DNA of 63,461 bases, filler included, from Craspedostauros australis (GCA_030167865.1; 16 parts of 16 records of this genome joined end to end with filler, not necessarily neighbours in it), one strand, 5' to 3'; counted from the first letter of the whole stretch, positions 36,611 through 49,410 are shown. The notes: generated by a model not told the origin, from the letters alone. Translations and numbers: made by a program.

Positions 36611-38723
36611 TCGACATCACATGAGCGCGACGTGAACACGACGTGAACGCGACGTAGATGTGCCTTGTATGTGACACGGATGCAATTGATCCACGACTTC
36701 GACACGACATCCATACGACTTCGCATACCAAGCTGCGCAAGGGGCGTTGCGAGTAACAGTGACACTCAACGCATGAGTGCGGAGAAACTCGTGTCCGTTC
36801 TGTTGGGAGGACGTTGCGACCCCATAAATACGCGCCTGCACTATCCGCGGGAAATACCCCGAGCACTGCACTTTGTGACACAAAGAGTTACAGGGGCATA
36901 CATGTTGATCTTGCTTCGCTTCCATCGTTGGATGTGTGGAACTCATGCGAACATCAATCACATGTTGTGGAACCGCCTTTCGCGTGCGTGCTTCGCGGAG
37001 GTTCGCATCCAGGAAACGTGTTCTCGCCACGCGCGGCACAACATTTTCGCATGGAGGAAACTGTTACCGTTATCATCTGGATGTGTTCTACCGCGACTCC
37101 TCGCAGACGGACGCACGTGATGACATCAGCAATTAACATCGCGGTGAATCACATGAACAGCGGAGAGTGAAGGTCGTGTCGCATGCGCTGTCCGACACCC
37201 AATTGCAACGCACACAGTCTCATCTGTTCTCTCGCACTACGCCGCGCAATCAACATGACCAATTTTGTCACGGTGAACACAGCGGGCATGCCCATCGCTG
37301 AACCAAGACAAATTCTGCTCATCTCGTGTGCGTTGCGATGTTCATGTTGCAGTTCCAACTGCGGGGGATGATTACGACAGCCAGCTCGTTGCTGTGTGGC
37401 GTTTGGGGCGATTCTCCGTCTTTTGCCAGTGACTGAAACCGAAGTGAGCGCGTCACGAAGTCGGATGCGCTGATGCTGGACGCTGTGGGGCGCCTTGTGT
37501 CTTTGTGTTGACTTGCTGTGCGGATGGAATCCTCCGCCGCTGCCTCCAACCGACAACAGGCGAATCAAGCACTGTTAACGCACGCACCTGAAGCGCATTC
37601 AACACAGTAGCAACACTGACTCGAATTGAACTCTGTGATGGCTTGCCCTCGTTTGATGTGGTTCCTGTGATGCAAGAGGCATGCGACAGGTCGGCTGCCC
37701 AAACAGATGCACAGAACACACGATAACTAGCCCATCCCTTGTACTAGGAACAAATAGCTCAACTGTCAAACCCACGAAACGTGATGATCGTCGATAGCTT
37801 CCTGTGTCTGTTGAGTTAGCGCGTGGTTGGTGTCCTGGTTTGAAAAGAGCAAGCAAACAATTGCACTGATGGGGTAATCGGGAAAGCGCCATGTTTTGTT
37901 GTTCGACATTGTAAATACTATATTCTGAGTTTGCATCTCGGACGCACTGGACAAGCATCGTGAGGAACGCAAAGCGAATTTCGTGCCCTCGTGGCAACAC
38001 CCCAAGGAAGAAGACCGCCAGACACCAACGCTTGCTGAAGAGAGTCCCACTTTGTCACACGAATAATCCAGAGAATCACCAACGAGCACCTGAGCCGCAT
38101 AGCCAAACAAATGTTGGACGGGGGCGGGCTCACCACCTTCGACAACGGACACGAGCACGACAGTGATCACACAACAACGTAGTGCGCATTAATACAGGAA
38201 CGTGGAGGAATGGCGTTGCTCCCGGTGCAGAGCGCGACGGTTGATGACACGAAGTTCAGTAGGCTAGTAAGACAACGGACAGCTTGTGGTTGGAGGAGCG
38301 CTCTGTGGTAATCAACGACGGTGCGAAAAGGAACCAATCGGACAAGTACGAAAGTTACCTGAGCAAGGGGAGGGGAGAACACGAATGATGATTGCAAATC
38401 AGCCACTTCTTCCCAAAGAGGGAAAGCAATTGTGTGACTGCATCGATGCCGCGTCGTGTCGTGGGTCTGGGAGGGGATGTGTTGGGACATGCACGACAGG
38501 GTGGAACGAGGAAAGGGGACATCATTGGCATGTGCGAACAGTGTGCGGCATCGCAACCACGAACGCAAATCAGCGCGACGTCATGTCGACACGGGAAAGG
38601 CGTGCTCTAGTAGTCCCATGAGTGCATGACTCGACAGACCCAAAAACCGCACAACACACCCCAAGCGTGAACAAAGCAAAAATCGACGCAAAAAGAGCCT
38701 TTACCGCGCTTCCCTTGTGTAGT

Positions 38724-38890
38724 TGAAGTGCATGTGCATGTGCATGTGCAATGCATGCGCAGTCGAAGTGCATGCGCATGTACAATGCATGTGTTGCAGT
38801 TGTGCGCATTCCACCATGCACTTCGACTGCACTGCACACGCGCTTCGGCTGCGCATGCACTGTACATGCGTTGCACATGCACATGCTCCG
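38724..38890. repeat. Third, smaller cluster of the TGCATGCGCA-core repeat, in both orientations
   Basis: AGTCGAAGTGCATGCGCA followed by TGCACTTCGAC and CTTCGGCTGCGCATGCAC. Confidence 0.75.
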
Positions 38891-41360
38891 GACATCCGCC
38901 AGACATCCGCTACACATGTACTGTCCATGTGCAATGACGCAACTGATCAGACGTGTGCGGTAACACATGGACAGCAAATCGCGCGCCGGCGCAGATCCGT
39001 CGCACACTTTTGAAGCCATCGATAATCGCGTTTGCCAACGCACCATGACCAACCAGTTTGCGAATGACATTCATTGTTGTGGCGGGAACAAACACATGCC
39101 TCCATGTGAAAGTCATTGCACCCTGTCCTCCAGACCTGTGATGTTCTTCCGAAACGAACACGAATGTCAAATCTTGCGCCATTGCTTGGATGCAAATAGC
39201 GTACACCACTATTGTTATGTCAGGAACAAGCCCAAGCGCGACGGGGAGAATAACAACACTGCAAATGCAACCCACATGTTGTTCACATCCCCAAGATGAG
39301 GATGCACGAAGTACCGTTCTTGTCCTACCACGTCTGTCATCATGATCGTTTGGGTGTACATGCTCCGCATCGGGCCTCATCGTGTGCCAGGAATGCCATT
39401 TTGAGCCTGGGGACAAAATGACAGAGCATTCTCTGTGTTCTGTCGGAGAAATGCACATTTGCACTTCACCAAGTACCCGAAACGTGTTGCACACGTGGCA
39501 ATGCAATTTAGATTTGCGAGATCACGGAGAGCCTGGAAGTGTTTTGTCGCAGTGGCAATCAACAAGCACATTTCTCCATGTCACCTCTTCCGCACGACGC
39601 TGCTCTGCTCTACTCTTGCTTACTCTGCATCTCTCCACCCCTTGCGAATACATGTAAACCAATCACAAGTCTTGCTTGGTGCTCGTGCTCATGCGCTATC
39701 GACATTTCTTCATGTCGCCTCTTTCCAACCTGTGTCGCTCCATTCAGTACGTAGACCAGGCAACCAACAGTATCAGTCATGAGTGCAAATAGGCTGCTCC
39801 GCCATGGTTGAATCAGAACTGTTCTACTCTATGCATGATACACTCGAAGGCACAGGCTTACTCTGCTCGCAGCAATCCACCACAATCGAGCGTCATCTGT
39901 GTATCGCGCAACAGCACGAATCCCCGAATAGCCCTTTGACGGGCTCAATAGAATTGCTTGGTCATGAGCGTGGAGGAACCCTGAGCAATAATACGCATGT
40001 GCCAAATAGCCACCACATTGTCATCGCCAATTAGTAGATGATCCGCAACAAGAGAACGAAACGCGGAAGGAGGAGTAAATAATGTGATCGTATTGGTATG
40101 CATCTGTAGCGGAGGTGGTCGTACACGGAAAAGCGTGACATCAACAACAGAAGCGAAAGGACTGGCGAACGCAATGACATCAATCGCATGGGCAACAGCT
40201 GCATCCACCCCAAACCAACCACACCATCGGTGACAATGACAACAATTGTAACGACATCGGGACATGAAGCCACCATCACGAAGCTTGACACGACATTGGC
40301 AACAGTAACAGTAGATACAACAGTGATGACTTCGATCACACCAGTTACTGCTACCATCTCAATAGTCGTAGCAGCGTTTGTAGCAGTTGCTGGTGCTGCG
40401 ATGCAGACAGGATCCGAATACGAGAGGGAGGCAACAACCGTGACGAAGACCTGCATTGAAGTGATCATCGCCGAAAGGTCGCGTCAAATGAGAGGGACAC
40501 CAGCACAAACGAAGAAGCCCTGACGAAGACCATGTGGCAGCAGCAAACCATCGATACACAAAGCTGATGGTATCAGTTGCACAATGCATGGGGTAGTCGA
40601 CATTGTGCTTGTGAAGTCCCCAAAAAGCACTACGTGCCATACCTGACAAATGCAATGGGACTCGTTTTGTAGTCCTGCGAAATGTGCGTCAACAAATTAC
40701 AGTAAATGCCCACATTTTCCCATCCGCCCTGCATATGTCGACATTTTCCCCTGCTCCCAGGACAGCATGCACAGTCGTGTCGCATCGAACAGGCACCGAA
40801 GCGTCTGTGCCATGAAGCACGTTGGGACGGGTTCATCGGCAAGTTGGCGCTCTCACGCTGTTGGGTGGGAAGATTTGCGATTTGGTGGATCTCTCTCTCT
40901 GTGTGCCACCACAACACAAACAATCGTGTGAGCGAGTTGTTGTCGCCACGGTGGCGGGTTGATTGCCAATGACGGTTTTCGCTGTGACCCAGTCTTGGAA
41001 TGATACGCATGCGCACTATGTCTGTTTCTTCTTCGCTTGAATCAACGAACACAAGTGAGCTCTGGGCACATTTGATAAAACGTACTTTTTGTCGCATACA
41101 TGTCCTGAATCATAAATACCTTTACACGATGACGTCCGATAGCCCATTCGGGACACAAATCACAAAATACTGGCAGCAGCATGGAGCACAGCCTGCACTG
41201 GGCATGGTAGAACAGGATGGTGTCCACGTCTCCCCACGAAGACTGTTTCCAATGGGCATGNNNNNNNNNNNNNNNNNNNNNNNNNNNNNNNNNNNNNNNN
41301 NNNNTTAATTAATTAANNNNNNNNNNNNNNNNNNNNNNNNNNNNNNNNNNNNNNNNNNNN

Positions 41361-43552
41361 CAACCATAGCAGCGCCATGCGAACCAAGATGAGCAGTGCT
41401 ATTCGAATGACAATCATCTTGCTATTGCAACACGCAAGTGCAAAAGTGTCTCAATGAAACACTACATCAATGACAACTGGTTTGTGACCTGAATAGAGTG
41501 CAAGCAGAGCAAGGTGGAGTAGAGTATTGTAGGAGTGAGGAGTAGCTATCAGTGCAACAAGGCACGAATGTGCCAACAACAACGGTTCACTTCCATTTTG
41601 TGACAACAGCGGCAGCATGTTTGTGTGGTTCTGCTCTCAGGGCACATTGTGTGTTGTGTTCTTTGGTGCACACTGGGATGGACAAACTCGTATCACGGTG
41701 AACACATGTTATGTCGCATCAACGAAATCGAAGAACACTTTCCGTGACCAAAGGGTTTGTGTTAGAAGAGTAATAGTTGAAGTTCGCCAAACGCTGTCGT
41801 CGCTGTAAAATGTACCGCAACCGGACGCGGTGAATGACACAGAAACGAGACAACAAGCGCGTGCTTTTGAGCCCACACCAGAATGCCACATGAGACCAAC
41901 ACACAACAAAACGGACCAAAACCACCACCAAACCAAACATGACGAAAGTGATGACGACGCAGTGGAGTCGGCATCAGTGGCGCAATGCTTCAAAAGATGC
42001 ATCGCAACACATTTGTTGACAGGAGGATGATCAGCAACCATGAGGAGCTGGTTGCTGTATTTGTGTTGGCGATTTGCGCTCGATCGAACAGAGACACCGA
42101 ATGCATGAGTGTGTGTGTCGTGCCCGTCGGATGGCAACGCAAGCGAGTCCAACACCAAGAAACACTCGGCACTGTGTGAAGGGCATGAACGACGCAGAAA
42201 CCAGCGAAGAACCAAACCACCACAACAGGCGCCACCAAAACCAAGGAGCACAAACGCCGACAAAAGGAAGGAGGACGACAAACGCGAGCTCTGCTTGTTC
42301 GAAATCGACTGTGTGGAGCTCGCATGCAAGTACTATCGATACTACTCATGTTGACTTGCATTGTCCTGACAGCGTTGGTCGTATCAGTCCGAGGTCGTAG
42401 AAACAATACGTGAACAAGTGCATGAAAACAGCCTTTTTTTTTTTGCAGGTAGCTTTTTTCCCCTGCTCCCAGTATCGATCGTGCGCGAGGATTGCAGAAG
42501 TACACGCCGTCACGCAGAACAAAATGGAAGAGAGCCAACGCCCACAGTCACACCGCGTTGTGCTCTGCAGTGGTACGTGAACGATCACGCCCTCCCAACC
42601 ATAGCAGCGCCATGCGAACCAAGATGAGCAGTGCTATTCGAATGACAATCATCTTGCTATTGCAACACGCAAGTGCAAAAGTGTCTCAATGAAACACTAC
42701 ATCAATGACAACTGGTTTGTGACCTGAATAGAGTGCAAGCAGAGCAAGGTGGAGTAGAGTATTGTAGGAGTGAGGAGTAGCTATCAGTGCAACAAGGCAC
42801 GAATGTGCCAACAACAACGGTTCACTTCCATTTTGTGACAACAGCGGCAGCATGTTTGTGTGGTTCTGCTCTCAGGGCACATTGTGTGTTGTGTTCTTTG
42901 GTGCACACTGGGATGGACAAACTCGTATCACGGTGAACACATGTTATGTCGCATCAACGAAATCGAAGAACACTTTCCGTGACCAAAGGGTTTGTGTTAG
43001 AAGAGTAATAGTTGAAGTTCGCCAAACGCTGTCGTCGCTGTAAAATGTACCGCAACCGGACGCGGTGAATGACACAGAAACGAGACAACAAGCGCGTGCT
43101 TTTGAGCCCACACCAGAATGCCACATGAGACCAACACACAACAAAACGGACCAAAACCACCACCAAACCAAACATGACGAAAGTGATGACGACGCAGTGG
43201 AGTCGGCATCAGTGGCGCAATGCTTCAAAAGATGCATCGCAACACATTTGTTGACAGGAGGATGATCAGCAACCATGAGGAGCTGGTTGCTGTATTTGTG
43301 TTGGCGATTTGCGCTCGATCGAACAGAGACACCGAATGCATGAGTGTGTGTGTCGTGCCCGTCGGATGGCAACGCAAGCGAGTCCAACACCAAGAAACAC
43401 TCGGCACTGTGTGAAGGGCATGAACGACGCAGAAACCAGCGAAGAACCAAACCACCACAACAGGCGCCACCAAAACCAAGGAGCACAAACGCCGACAAAA
43501 GGAAGGAGGACGACAAACGCGAGCTCTGCTTGTTCGAAATCGACTGTGTGGA
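41361..43552 (+). repeat. 1235-bp tandem repeat (about 1.8 units, filling the contig)
   Basis: Sequence and ORFs repeat at an exact 1235 offset (41617/42852, 41830/43065, 41985/43220). Confidence 0.97.
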
Positions 43553-44617
43553 NNNNNNNNNNNNNNNNNNNNNNNNNNNNNNNNNNNNNNNNNNNNTTAA
43601 TTAATTAANNNNNNNNNNNNNNNNNNNNNNNNNNNNNNNNNNNNNNNNNNNNTGCGGATTCCATATCTGCAAAGAAAATTGGGGTATCTACCATGGAAGG
43701 TGTTGAAGTAAGGTAAAACATAATTTCAGTGGTTCCCAACGATAGCATTAGTAATGAAGGTACCGATTTAGTTGTTTACGTAGGCTGCGGTAGGACAAAC
43801 GCGTTCAAAATTTAACACGGGCCGAAAAAAAAGGATATAATGAACGCGTTGGACCCGGGTCGTTAAGGGATAGAATACTATACTATACTCTCGCCGGATA
43901 CTTGCACGAGTGGCTCGTACGCGCACGCAGCACACAACAGAGTATTATTATAGTCGTAATTGATCGTACCAAACCATTACGAATAGGCAGACTCACACCA
44001 AGAAACATAGTCGTACGTCAGGTAGATCGCACTTGCCAGCGCCAGGGAGCTGTCTGGATCCCAAAACGCCGCCTCCCCTGTATCGGCATTCTAATGCCAA
44101 TGGTATGGTACCACAGCATACAGAAAACACACTCGTACCCCAGCATCAACACGGGCCTGCGCCTCTCCAGAGTGTGCCATACGAGCACGAGCACGAGCAC
44201 GAGCACAAGTACACTCCCCGCTCACTCGACTAATTGATCGACTGATCGATTGACTGCCCCACCACTCGCAGAGAGACACAGACGGTGGGACCCTCATCAC
44301 AGATCGCGCCTCATCCAACTCGTGGACTACCTCTTGCGTCTCCACATCCTCGTATAACACCCGCCCCGCTCCAACAGCAGCAGACACAATTGCACACAAC
44401 TCGTTCGATCTACGACTGGAGTGGTCTCACGAGGCAAAGGTGCCAGGATACGGGTACGAGCACGGGCACGGAAAAGCCACACCAAATCCTTGGCCACGAA
44501 ATCGAAGCCAACTTGGCGAACGAAAGGACAAGAAAGGTCGCATCGTGGCCGCTCCCAACACAAGCAACAGCCCAGAGAGCAAGAGCTTCAAGAGCAAAGG
44601 ACGACGAAAGAACGGCG

Positions 44618-47563
44618 ATGGCCTCAGTGGTGGCAACCGCCAACACAGCGACGACCATGGCGCCGATTCGCTGGGATGACTGCATCATCACCATCGCGTA
44701 CTTCTCCATCCCAGTGCAGATCCTCGTCAGTCTCTACAAATACCCGCGGTTCGCAGCGATGCCCATCCACATCGTGGGTCTGCTGGTGCTGTTTGCCCTG
44801 TTCATCTTCCTCTGCGGCGCTGGCCATCTCCTGCGATGCTTGGGCATGACGGGGACCTTCCAGTTCCAGATCGTCAACTGCTGCACGGCGATCATCAGCC
44901 TCATGACGGCAATCTACCTCGTTCCACTCGTACCCAGCGTTATGAGCGAGCTCGATCGACGTCTGCAGGAGCTGGTGGAGCTCAACCGTGAAACGGAAGC
45001 CTCCAAGCGCAAGCTCATGACATTCATGGCCTTTCTTTGTCACGAGATTCGCAACCCGCTCTTTGCCATCACTTCCAGCATCTCCTTTCTGGAGGATGTT
45101 GTGCACGAAGACGATGATGACGATGCTATTCATCATGCTGACACTGACGCTGCCAACGTCAATGTCAACGGTCATGCTCAGAGCAATGATCAGTCCCACG
45201 ATGGAGCGGCAGCAGCAACTGTATCTCATCCAACCAATGGCAGAAGTCAGAGGCAGGGCGACAATGCGGATGGCAATGCGGACGGAAATGCGGACGGCAA
45301 TGGGGCCTCTGATCCAAAGCAGCAGCAACATCAATATCAACATCAATATCAGCATCAACAGCATCATCAGCCACAGCACGAGAGAACCATCAACTGGTCC
45401 AACGATCAGGATCAAGCGCTGCTCAGCATCACGCAGTCCGCCAATCTCATGCTTCGGTTAGTCAATGATGTACTCGATATTTCAAAACTGGAGTCCGGAA
45501 AGCTGCAGCTCGAGGAGCACGAATTTGACACAGACCAGATCGTGCACGGCATCGCATCCACCATGAATGACATCGTCTCATCATCGCCAACGCCAACGCC
45601 CAATGAAGATACTTCAGCAACATCAAACAACAACAGCGACGAAATCGACAAGTCGCGAACGAAGAAAAATGTCACCTTTGCGTCACGGATACACCCAACC
45701 GTGCCGCGGACAATCGTGGCTGATTCTGTTCGGATACTTCAAGTCGTTTACAACCTCCTCTCCAACGCCAAGAAATTCACCAACGAGGGTAGCATCCAGC
45801 TGGACGTGCAGGTCATGGACTACAACGAAGCCCTGGCGTTCAACAAGGTCACCATGCCCGATGATGCAGATGGCGATCACACCAACGAAGGCTTCAAGAC
45901 GGAACTTCGCAGAATGTCCTCGACCTCACAGGCCGGCACCAGCGACACCTCGCCTCCGGGACATCGTCCGCCCTCCACACAACGACGCACCTCCATGTTT
46001 TCCATGTTTTCTCTCACCAGCTCGTTCCGGCAGGCGAACCAGCGACCATCGCTGTCCTCCCATGAAGAGGAAGACTTGCTGCAGCAATTTCATCAACCTC
46101 ATGCGCAGCTGCCTCCACGACAGCAGAAGCCACAGCACCAGCACCAGGCGAAGCCATACTCGCAGCAACAAACGGAAACGCAAACGCAACCACGAGCGGA
46201 TCTGCGGCGAACTTCCATGGAATCCGGTTTTTCGTTACCATCTAACTTCGCGGTAGATTTGGAAGCTGGCGGCGCCTCGTCGCTGCTGCAACAACAACAG
46301 CATCGAGTCAGCGTCGCCCATGATGACGAACATAACAGCAGCCCATCGATGAATCTCTCGCAGGTTCACTCTCCCATCAATGATCTCACTACGGACAACC
46401 ACCCCAACGACATTACCGTCCTAAAGATCACTGTCAAGGACACTGGCTGCGGCATTCCGACGGAGCGATTACAACGCATCTTTGAACCCTACTCACAGGC
46501 GAAACTCTCCGACTATCGCAAACACGGCGGGACGGGACTCGGATTGGCCATCATCGCCAAGCTCATTCGATTGATGAACGGTTCCATCGAGGTCACCAGC
46601 CAGCTCCATTTGGGATCGCAGTTCACCGTCTACCTGCCCGTCAAGGTCGGCGCCAACACCACCAACGCGCCCACAGCGTCCCTGCAACCACACATCACTC
46701 GATTTCAAGATCTGCTCTCGTCTTCCAATCGAGAACTGGACGTCTTTTCATCCCCCATCGCATCCAACCAACCGTCGGTGGAGATGGGCCGGATCTCACC
46801 AACCATCACAACGCCCTTGGTGCAAGGCAAGCCACATCCTGACTTTGGCAGCGGCAGCACGAAACCAGAAGCAAAATTACTTGCAAACGGTGATGATGCA
46901 AATGCCATCGACGAGAAGAAGATTTGCTGTGACGAGAGATCTATCCTGCCTTGGCCAGAACCGACCGTCACCTCGGAAACTAAAAATCCCGTCGCCGAAG
47001 AACACACTCGAAAGACGACAACTGATCAGGATGACGCGCGAGTAGTCACACTGACGATCGCGGCGACAAAAACGACAAAGGCAAAAGACAAACTACCGAC
47101 AACAGCAACGGCAACCAAGCGCAAATCCAAATTCCATTCCTTCTCCTTCCCGCACAACGAGAACGCCGTCCTCATCGTAGACGACAACGCGGTCAATCGC
47201 AAGATCCTCACCCGCATGCTCCAGCAGTTCGGGTTGCAATACGGACAGGCAAAGCACGGTCTGGACGCTGTGCAGCAAATGAAGCAATCTCGCAACTTCA
47301 CTGGGGATTCCCATGACATCAACTACGGCCTCATCTTCATGGACCTCTCCATGCCTATAATGGATGGCTGCGAGGCGATTCGGCAAATTCGTAACCAGCT
47401 GAACATTCTGGACATTCCCATCGTGGCATTGACGGCCAATGCACTGGAACAAGGACGAGACGGCGCCTTGCTGGCAGGTGCGACAGAATTCGTCACGAAA
47501 CCCATCTTGAGGCCGGACTTGCACAAGAAGTGCACGCTGCATTTGGGTGGTGGCAGCGTGTGA
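44618..47563 (+). CDS. Ethylene-receptor-like hybrid histidine kinase: 3-TM ethylene-binding domain, HisKA, HATPase_c and receiver; no GAF
   Basis: N-terminal DCIITIAYFSIP / FALFIFLCGAGH / TAIISLMTAIYLVPLVP. H-box FLCHEIRNPL, N-box QVVYNLLSNAKKFT, G1 VKDTGCGI, G2 GGTGLGLAI. Receiver LIVDDNAVN...FMDLSMPIMDG...ALTANA...VTKP. The first ATG is at 44618 (or 44657); the GTG at 44285 is unlikely as a eukaryotic start. Confidence 0.93.
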   Translation: MASVVATANTATTMAPIRWDDCIITIAYFSIPVQILVSLYKYPRFAAMPIHIVGLLVLFALFIFLCGAGHLLRCLGMTGTFQFQIVNCCTAIISLMTAIYLVPLVPSVMSELDRRLQELVELNRETEASKRKLMTFMAFLCHEIRNPLFAITSSISFLEDVVHEDDDDDAIHHADTDAANVNVNGHAQSNDQSHDGAAAATVSHPTNGRSQRQGDNADGNADGNADGNGASDPKQQQHQYQHQYQHQQHHQPQHERTINWSNDQDQALLSITQSANLMLRLVNDVLDISKLESGKLQLEEHEFDTDQIVHGIASTMNDIVSSSPTPTPNEDTSATSNNNSDEIDKSRTKKNVTFASRIHPTVPRTIVADSVRILQVVYNLLSNAKKFTNEGSIQLDVQVMDYNEALAFNKVTMPDDADGDHTNEGFKTELRRMSSTSQAGTSDTSPPGHRPPSTQRRTSMFSMFSLTSSFRQANQRPSLSSHEEEDLLQQFHQPHAQLPPRQQKPQHQHQAKPYSQQQTETQTQPRADLRRTSMESGFSLPSNFAVDLEAGGASSLLQQQQHRVSVAHDDEHNSSPSMNLSQVHSPINDLTTDNHPNDITVLKITVKDTGCGIPTERLQRIFEPYSQAKLSDYRKHGGTGLGLAIIAKLIRLMNGSIEVTSQLHLGSQFTVYLPVKVGANTTNAPTASLQPHITRFQDLLSSSNRELDVFSSPIASNQPSVEMGRISPTITTPLVQGKPHPDFGSGSTKPEAKLLANGDDANAIDEKKICCDERSILPWPEPTVTSETKNPVAEEHTRKTTTDQDDARVVTLTIAATKTTKAKDKLPTTATATKRKSKFHSFSFPHNENAVLIVDDNAVNRKILTRMLQQFGLQYGQAKHGLDAVQQMKQSRNFTGDSHDINYGLIFMDLSMPIMDGCEAIRQIRNQLNILDIPIVALTANALEQGRDGALLAGATEFVTKPILRPDLHKKCTLHLGGGSV

Positions 47564-49410
47564 AGCGAGCTGCCAAGGTCAGCAAACACGGGGCTACTCA
47601 CTGTAGAGTACGCGAATTGAGAGATTGTTCTTGTGTGCTCTACTATGGATTATAATATTACGGAGGAGAGTATGCATTTGCGCTCGGATACGAAGTCAGA
47701 CGCGGGCCTGTCAGTTCGGACACACCGCCAGGATTGGTGGAGTGGATGATCCTCCCCCAGCAGGTAGTTATGTACAGATAAGGCGCCTGTCATGACACAA
47801 TCATACCAATGTTCATTCGATACCGCACTCCTCGACCCGCAACAGAATCGTACGACTGATTGTCGGAGGACCGCCAATGAATCTGCCCGTGCTGCTGAGA
47901 GAAAAGTTGGCGTGGAGTTCTTGAAGAATTAGGTCGGTAGCGCTGTGGCTGTTGGGACATGAGAGGAAATTACAAAATCGCTCACTATTCATATACCGAC
48001 ACACGCTTTTTTATGGTTTCGATCATTGCCAACACAGACCTCTACACGTTTCAGACAGACAAACCAAACAGACATACATTCATGGTCCAACACACAGACA
48101 TACGCTCCTTGCGGATTCATTCAGACATACCAACTACACAAACATCCACGATCAAGACACATCCCTGTGCTTGGGCAAAGGTTTCACGGGAACGCCTCTT
48201 TTCCCGCCTTGCCAGATGCGCAACGACATGCGTTGGTTCCACTGAACACGGGTGACTTTTTGTTTTGTGTCTTCGTTTTCGCGTCACCGAGATGGGCTCG
48301 TGCCGTTTTGGTGCCAGGAGAACTGTTTTCCCTCTTTGTATTTCTGCGAAAGGCTTATCATGTACTGGAACGTGTTCTGAAGGACACTTGGCACGCCATC
48401 GCAGCAGCACTCAACCATGCACAGCTTTAAACACTTGTCGCACGAAACTTCGCCGACGTCGCTTTCATTGCTCTTTCCATTCGTGGTGATTCACCCAAGG
48501 ACATTTCTTCGCTTTCGTCTGACTTCGTGTGAGCTATTCGGCGTTGGATTTTTGTTTGATGGTACCGACTCCTCGTAGTTTTCGCTACGTCGCGCATCGC
48601 CTGTTGGTGGTCATTCCCGCATCATGGCAGGCGCGACTGCGCAAATAGTCATTTATGACACCGTTGTTCCCGCCGGGCACGTGCCTGAGCCCTTCACCAG
48701 TTAAAATGATGACCCTGCGAAGCCGCCGAACTGCCTGCCATGTCTTGCTCACGAAATCACTTCGTGCTGGTGCTAAATCCGAACACATGGCAAGGCGAAG
48801 ACCCGCATGGTCCGCGATTCCAAGACACGAAATAACGCGAACACACATCTACAGCAATCTTTCATCCAGATAGACGATGACAAGCAACCATGCAGGGTTG
48901 GATGTTTCGCTTCTCTCCTCTTCTCTTGGCACAAGTGCGACCGGAACCAAGAACAATTTCATGTGACGCTGATTATATGGTAGGTGGCCAGCAGTACAAG
49001 AGGTCAACATGCAAAGGCCAACAACTCTCTCTCCCCCTCTCTGCTTGGGTCATTCCAGTTCTTAGACTCGAGTGCCAAGACCAAGTACGTTTGCAGCACT
49101 TTCTCATAGACTCCACTTTGACAGACTCACTTGGGCAAAATGGATTGTTGCGTCGGCGCATAAGTGACTGATTTTGTGTCCTTTGTTATGTTGTCGTGGC
49201 CGGGCAAACTGAGAAAAGACCCAGTGTCCATTCGATCTGCCACCGAGCTCCGCAATACCCAAGCCCCTCCCAAGATCAACCCTTCTTGCCTGACATTGCA
49301 TACCGGCTTANNNNNNNNNNNNNNNNNNNNNNNNNNNNNNNNNNNNNNNNNNNNTTAATTAATTAANNNNNNNNNNNNNNNNNNNNNNNNNNNNNNNNNN
49401 NNNNNNNNNN

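Noticed and set aside
41617..43516. Multiple small ORFs in the 1235-bp repeat as genes
   Set aside because: They overlap in all frames, have no recognisable domain and are explained by stop-codon depletion.
17581..47563. Functional link between ascorbate synthesis (GLDH) and the ethylene-receptor-like kinase
   Set aside because: They are on different contigs joined artificially, so there is no evidence of physical linkage.
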